From assembly GCA_965644295.1 (NCBI GenBank), contig CBFFRP010000373.1:186001-250000 (forward strand): a DNA stretch of 64,000 nt, read 5' to 3'. Position 1 is the stretch's first letter. Every line of letters starts with the position of its first letter. Shown here piece after piece: positions 57,636 through 64,000 of the stretch. The position numbers and the translations under genes were made by a program. The notes beneath the pieces are model-generated. The model had not been told where the DNA came from. It saw nothing but the letters and a program-made list of their open reading frames with translations, and ran no database searches. This DNA is from Paraphysomonas bandaiensis. Lineage: Eukaryota > Protista > Chrysophyceae.

Positions 57636-60600
57636 ATGGACGATCCTGTAGATCGAAAGCTAGAGATTGCTCGTGCCCTTGCAGCAAAAATTTTTGCCGA
57701 GAAAACCCCGCAGAAGCAGATTGAAGTGGACAACAGCACAGGAGTAAAAGTCGTTCGTGGGGTTGGAACCGGCGAGATAATCAGTAACCCCCAGTATGGG
57801 TCTGTATATTCAATGGAAATTGAGAGGAAGTATATCACTCGCTATCATCTTCATAGTATTCCTATAGAAATGCAGAAAATGTCACGCCACGCAACAGTTA
57901 GTGTGCGCAGCTTAGTGAGAACTTTACGTGAATGCTTGAAAGTAAGTATATAATGGTATTGTGAACATTGTTAACTTGAATTATAGGCATCGTTTTTTGC
58001 CTGTGAGATCAATATTGGAATATGCCCTGATGCTGGTACATCTACACTTGATTTTATCGGCGACTCAGATTATAGACGACGAGTAGTGCGTGGACAATCA
58101 ACGTGCTTCGAGTGCCTTGACCAGAAAGATGTTGTGCTGCAGGTGCGTTCGAGTTCCTAATATGACACTAGAAATGCATGCCATTTTCTGTAGTAACAGC
58201 TTTCTAGATTGCTGCTGTCAAACAACGACCCAAGGACTCTGTCACCCCCTCCTTAACAGATGGAGAAACAGTTATATACGTCCCACTAATTGGTTCTGCG
58301 GGTGGACTGGGTGTGATTGAGATCCATGGACTTCGGTCCCCTACGATCACAGATACTACAAACTTCGAGCGATCGCCAGATTTTTTGCGGGCTCTTATCA
58401 ACGCGAAGGATTACTCTTTCATGGCGCATACACGGTTGTGGCGCCTACCAGGGGCTCGGTCTGGAGGACATGTCTCTGAGTTTGATACGAAAGATTATTC
58501 CAATGCAGCAGTTGGTGTGGTGCAAGGAAAGGTGGTTGCTGCTATCACTGAGCTTAACGGTGTACCATTCTTTGGAGGAGCGCGGTATAACATTCAGTGG
58601 GAAGATGGCTTGAAAGAAGAGGCTGTGTCAGCCGCTGACCTTGTGGCTGTTTACCGCAATACTCCCCAGAGCTTGGGATGCACCTCGGCCGTTACAGAAG
58701 AATTGATTGATGAGCTCAAAAAGCACGCTGCAGCGGCTGCAGAGATCATCGAGAGACAGCGCACAGTTGAGGCTCTGAAGCGCACTCAAGATAGCGTGAA
58801 TGTGCCTAACTTACGAGACATCGATATATGCGAGAGGTGTCTTGGTTCATTGGTAGGAATTTTACATGGTGCTCGAGAGGCCTCTCTGGTGGGATTTGAA
58901 ACTGTAGCGAGCACGGATATCGTCGGAGATGGAAATAAAAACTTTACTCTCCATGTACTGCAGAGGAAGAACCCGAAGCAAAGAATAATTACCCGAGGGC
59001 TTGTAAAAACACCGCAGCGTGCTGTGGATGAGTACGTGGAAGAACGTCGACTTCTTTCCATGGGTATATCTCCCACTAAAAAGCGCAAAAGTCTTTTTGT
59101 GGATAAAGATGATGACGAGGACCTAGAGGCAATGCGCGCTTCCCCCTTGTCTGTTTTTCGTGATGTCACGCGGGAGGAGAGGGCGCAGAAAAAGAAAGAC
59201 ACAGGAGTCGAATGGGTTGTCGTCGAACTAGCGTTGCCATCTTATTATCACTGGCCAATAAAACCAACTTGTTCTCGATTCTTTCTTGTCGTCCTCAAGG
59301 CCAAAAATAAAAACCGTCAAGCAGATAAAAGCGATCTCAATTCTATCGAAGCAATCGCTACTATACTTGCAAAGGCACTAACGGTAGTAACGTAGTATGA
59401 CTCTTGTCGTTGTTGTGATTCCAAGTGTAGATATCGTGCGAAAAAGAGGTTCGAAAGCAGGCACGGAGGCAGGCTATGCTGAGGGTAGACCGGTCGCTGT
59501 ATGAGTGGAGAGACCTACCAACTGCAGAGGATATCTGCAAAAATATTATAGACGTTGTAGCGGAAGTAGCCCCAGGAACCTCTTCGTACACAGGTGTTGT
59601 TGTTTGATAAATCGTTATCTTTTTTTCTAATAATTAACAGCTCTTCTTAAACCTGGAGGAGAGATACTAGAATATAATGCTGCATCTGCTGGAAGTGAAA
59701 TGACAGGGAAAAAGCTCAACCTCAATGAAGGGATATCATTCAGTGTCATCGATCATATGGTAAGTGTTTTCTACTCGTCAACGTGATATAATGGTGCTTG
59801 CAGGAAACTGTGGCAGTACAGGAGGGTGAAACAGATAAAAGCAAACTTATCAAAGTAGGAGATTACTGCAATGTACAGTATGGGAAAATTTTTGACAGGG
59901 CAAAGTAAGTTAATCGTCGTATACTCGATATAATATAGTCACTGACATCTGTAATAAGGATCACTGCTAACCGTGGGCATGGCTTTTACGACGTAGTTTA
60001 TGGTCCAGAATCGTTTATTCCTCGTGAGGCGGGCGTGTCTATTTCTCGCATTGCCCCCCTGAATACTTCGTATCGCATGAAGTCCTTTGGATCCTTTAAG
60101 TTTCCTGTTCTATGCTTTCCAGTCAAACATCGTGACAAGGCTGTAGGGGTACTAGGAATGGATACGTTTGATGCGGTTCACCACGCTCCATATGATCCCC
60201 AGCCTGAACCTGGTTTGAAACTATTTCTAGAGCATCTGGTGTGCATATATATACTCTTCTCTTAACTACTCAGCTCATAGATGATGTAGGGTAAAGTGCT
60301 TGGCAGTTGTATTGATATACAACGGAAGAAACGATCGCTGCGAATGGCGTCTAAGGTATCGCGCAATGTGAACTCCGGTAACGATGACTTGTTTAATGCG
60401 CTGTTCGATGTGCTTTTCACCAATTTGTTATACACCACTACGGTTGCAATTGTTCACGTCAGTGCCGAGGATCGTACTGATGCAGATCATCTTGATATTC
60501 TCAACTTCCGCGGAGAAAAACTTAACAAGTATGACCATAGTTTATTATCTAGTTTTTATTGACTTCACTTAGGGAAGTGCGAGCCACGTTAGCCACTTAT

Positions 60601-63600
60601 GATAATAGGAAATCAAGCAAAAAGCCAGTGCAATTCAAGGGCACGCGTATGGTTTGGTTACTTTGTCCAATAAAGCTTCCTATAGCCGGCGATAAAAAGA
60701 CAGCATCATTCAGAAAGAAAAAGGCATCATTCAAATTGAAGGAGTACATTATTGCAGTTGTCAGCAAACGTGACATCAGCGAAGTTGACACTGAATTTCT
60801 TCATGCAGTTCAAAAGTTCGCCACTATGATATTACAGAATATGGAAACACGAAAGCAGAAGGCAGAAATTAGAACCGACGCCCTACAAGCTGTTGAAAAT
60901 ATTTGTAAAATCTGGAATGAATATGTCGATAATCGCGACGAGTTCTTTGACGAAATATGTGACGCCATAAATATGTGCTATATGTCTGCCAATATTTATT
61001 TAGGTAAACTAGATGGGCATGCTGAATCGATTACTTACGTTATGGCCTCGAAGTTTTCGCGAATGAAAGGAAATAAACTTCTACGCAGTTACAAAACAGG
61101 TGTTTCTTTTGAACCTCTTGACAAATTTACACACGTTATCGCCACCAAATCTGACTACGAATTGTGCAAGCGACTGCATCATTTTGGAAGCGCAACAAAT
61201 GTAGATTATCCATTTGTCGTGGTTCCGATTGCGACATTCCTTGACACACCGCTTGCAGTACTTGCTGCTGATGCTTGCGAAGACATAGCTCAGGAAGAAG
61301 ATGACACAGTGAATGAAGTCGTCAGTTTCATGTATTCTGTTGCTGGACACCTTGGATACCCCATTAAATCATTTCTTGTGCATGATTCTATCCAAGAGCT
61401 GAAGCGAATCGAACGCACGTCTAAAAATTACTTGGAGGGGTTCCGAGCAATAAAAGAAGTTATATTTGGTACATTGCCATACGCGAAGAAGATATCTGAG
61501 GTTCTTGTGTCAACCTGCACGAGTGAAGCATATGAAAACGAACTCAACCAGGAACTGGTGTATGCTTTTCGCTTAGTAGATGCTGTATGTTTTCCGGGAT
61601 CCGTTGTGAATCCAGTCGTTGTCATACAATGGCATGGTGCCACGATATTCACCTGTCCTTGTCCAAGTCCAGAAATACTGGACGGTTCATCTCCACCAGT
61701 ATCTATTGTTCGTATTCCTTCTGGTGTCAAGTATATCGATGTAGAACTGCGAGTTCTCATAAGGGGGTTAGTGAACAACGTGAATCGTGACGTAGGTAAA
61801 AGGGTAATAACTCTACAGGATATGATGAACAATGGCGCAATGATGTATGAACACACGATACCCTGTATATATTCGCCGCTCTCGGCTATTCACGCCGGAA
61901 GAATTAAATTCGTGGGGAGACTTTATTGTGGAGATGATGTGGTTCGTCTCTCAGTTCATAAAATATCATGTACCAATCTTTCTCCCACTACCGGTGGTAC
62001 ACCCCTGATGTCTGAAGCCTCAACATTAGATCCATATTGTGTTGTTCGCTGGAAGGGTGTTGAAATAGGGAAAACAGAAATGATTAGAAATTCTTTAAAT
62101 CCTATATTCAAGAACTTGGATATTGTTGTAAAACCGACAGTTGATGACATTTGTAGCGAGGACAAGCTGTTATCTGTAGAGATTTGGGAGTTAGATGGTA
62201 TCGAAGGGGGTAAATTGCTTGGATACAGGAAGTTTTCCTTGAATGAACTTCAAGATGGTGGAAATACGCGCTATTGGCCTTTGGAACTTATTAAATTTGA
62301 TGCCGATAGAGGCGCCAAAGTCAGAGTGAGAACTGGGGCAGAAGTGCAGTTTCATACATCGTTAGTTCGTGCAGTACAAATGAGCGAAGATACTGCTCGC
62401 GAAGAGCTCGCTATACCTTTTCTTTCGACGAAAATGACGGACTATGAGGAAGGCGTCGAAGACGATAATGACTGTAGGCAAGAAAGCAAAGGGCGTGACA
62501 CTGTCCTTGAGATTCAGAGTATACGGAATATTGTACTGTATAGGTCTGAATTTGAAATCGAAAGTGGTGATTTGTGTCCGCTTGTCAATCCGTATTGTAT
62601 CATATTCTTGAATGGAGAAGAGGTTGCGCGTACAGCATCTGCACATCTTAAGGATTATTCGTTGGATTCTGCAGTTTTGGCTTCGGTCAGTCCAGGAGTA
62701 TCTTTCAGCAGCAATAATGGTTGCCACGACTGTGATATCGAAATGGAAGGACCAAAGCCCACGCACAATTCGAATTCTATGTATGATTGGGATGATGAAA
62801 TATTTCCTCTTCATATTCCAAATGCTGTTGATCTGGATAGCTGCACTCTTCGAATTGATGTATATATTGTTGACAGCCGAAGGAAAGGTATATTACTGGG
62901 AAGTATATGCATTGCTGAAAAGTCGTTCTCGTCTCTGCTTTGTTCTAATTCTGTGAAGAAGAGGTGGTATGATGTCGAGTCAATTGCATCCATTGAGGGC
63001 TCTCCCTATATGTGTGGAGAAGTATTGATTTCAGGACGTCCGAGCACAGTAACTTCACCCGATATTGAGGAGAAGATTGTGGACCCACCTCAGCTATCCA
63101 TTAGATTAGATAGTATATCCTTGAAACAAGAGTTTTGGTCACAACTTAAAGCAAACACTGTAGGTATTAATCCGTTTAGCTGTACTTTGGTAGTTCATTG
63201 GAATGGACAAGCAGTGATCTCCAAAAGATTTATTGAAGCGGATTGCGCGGAAGTATCGTCTGATTTTTATGCTGTTGATATGTCACCCATGGAATCTGCT
63301 GCATTCCGCCGCCCCAATGACATTTTACTTGAAAATGGAAATATTAGAGCGGATTTATGGTATGGAGATACGAATGGAAGTGATGGCCATCTAGCTGCTA
63401 GAACAGTTATTGATAAAGCTGAGCTAGTTGCATATATTGATCAGCCGTTGCGGCGCAGCCTTGAGTGTGAAATGAAAATGTGTGAGTCTTCAGGTAACAC
63501 ATTCTTCTGGAATAAGGCCTCCAATGGGACGGGCTTATTAGTTGCCAAAGTGGCTCTGAACATGGGCCGGTTTGGTGAAGATGACAATGTTGAATGTGAT

Positions 63601-64000
63601 GGAAGGAAACTGTGGCTGGATGTTCTTGGTGCTGGTGGGCTTGTTGCACCATCTTATCTGGAGGCACGTCGCCCTAATCCATTCTGTAAAGTCTATTGGA
63701 ATGATAAACTCCTCGGGCAGACTTGTATTATGTGGAACAGTTGCGATCCTATATGGACTTTTCATAGATTTGATTTGCCGGTGCCCATGATAGATGTTGT
63801 TGACGAGCCGTTAGAATATTGTTCACTTCGTCTTGAGATATGGGCTGTAGCTGCGAAAACTCCAGGTGCTGGGTATGACTTTTTGGGATGCTCTGAGATC
63901 AATGGCGAAGACTTGGTTCAGGTTATAAAATCGATTCATGCTGTTTTGAAGTGGCAATCCTTGGAGTTACACCCAGAGCTTCCTTTGAAGCAACAGGAGT
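57636..64000 (+). CDS. Large multi-exon protein with Tudor-like, GAF-like and multiple C2 domains; continues beyond the window
   Basis: ATG at 57636, short GT-AG introns, and a last visible exon open from 60573 to 64000. GAF-like CFPVKHRDKAVGVLGMD and VVVPI..LAVLAAD; C2-like DPYCVVRWKG..GKT..NSLNPIF (62029), NPYCIIFLNG (62587), NPFCKVYWND..GQT..DPIW (63676). Confidence 0.78.

Noticed and set aside
1-64000. CRISPR arrays, rRNA and tRNA genes
   Set aside because: No repeat-spacer periodicity and no recognisable rRNA or tRNA signatures were seen by eye.

Overview
Eukaryotic nuclear DNA with very short GT-AG introns (about 45-60 nt). Gene content suggests a flagellated protist, probably a stramenopile (inference). 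Host genes: axonemal dynein heavy chain of DNAH10/I1-alpha type (partial), kinesin-14, METTL21-like methyltransferase, multi-TM hybrid histidine kinase, RGS-domain GRK-like kinase, RDH-like SDR, GUP1/HHAT-type MBOAT, a SUGP1-like splicing factor with a broken 3' part, and a large GAF/Tudor/multi-C2 protein (partial). About 18 kb consists of three young, intact LTR retrotransposons. (1) A CoDi-like Copia (19210-32102) has LTRs ending CG...CG instead of TG...CA, an apparent D-D-D integrase and no tRNA PBS. (2) A chromodomain Gypsy nested inside it (21066-28964, minus) has IFDN in place of the RT YxDD motif, gag and pol in one frame separated by a single UGA-CAA, and a CCCH-like gag finger. (3) A Ty1-like Copia (38368-43663) has TG...TA ends. 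Also present are a hAT relic with an 8-bp TSD and a dispersed hairpin-rich repeat family of unknown class. The two nested non-canonical retroelements are the best candidates for undescribed biology.
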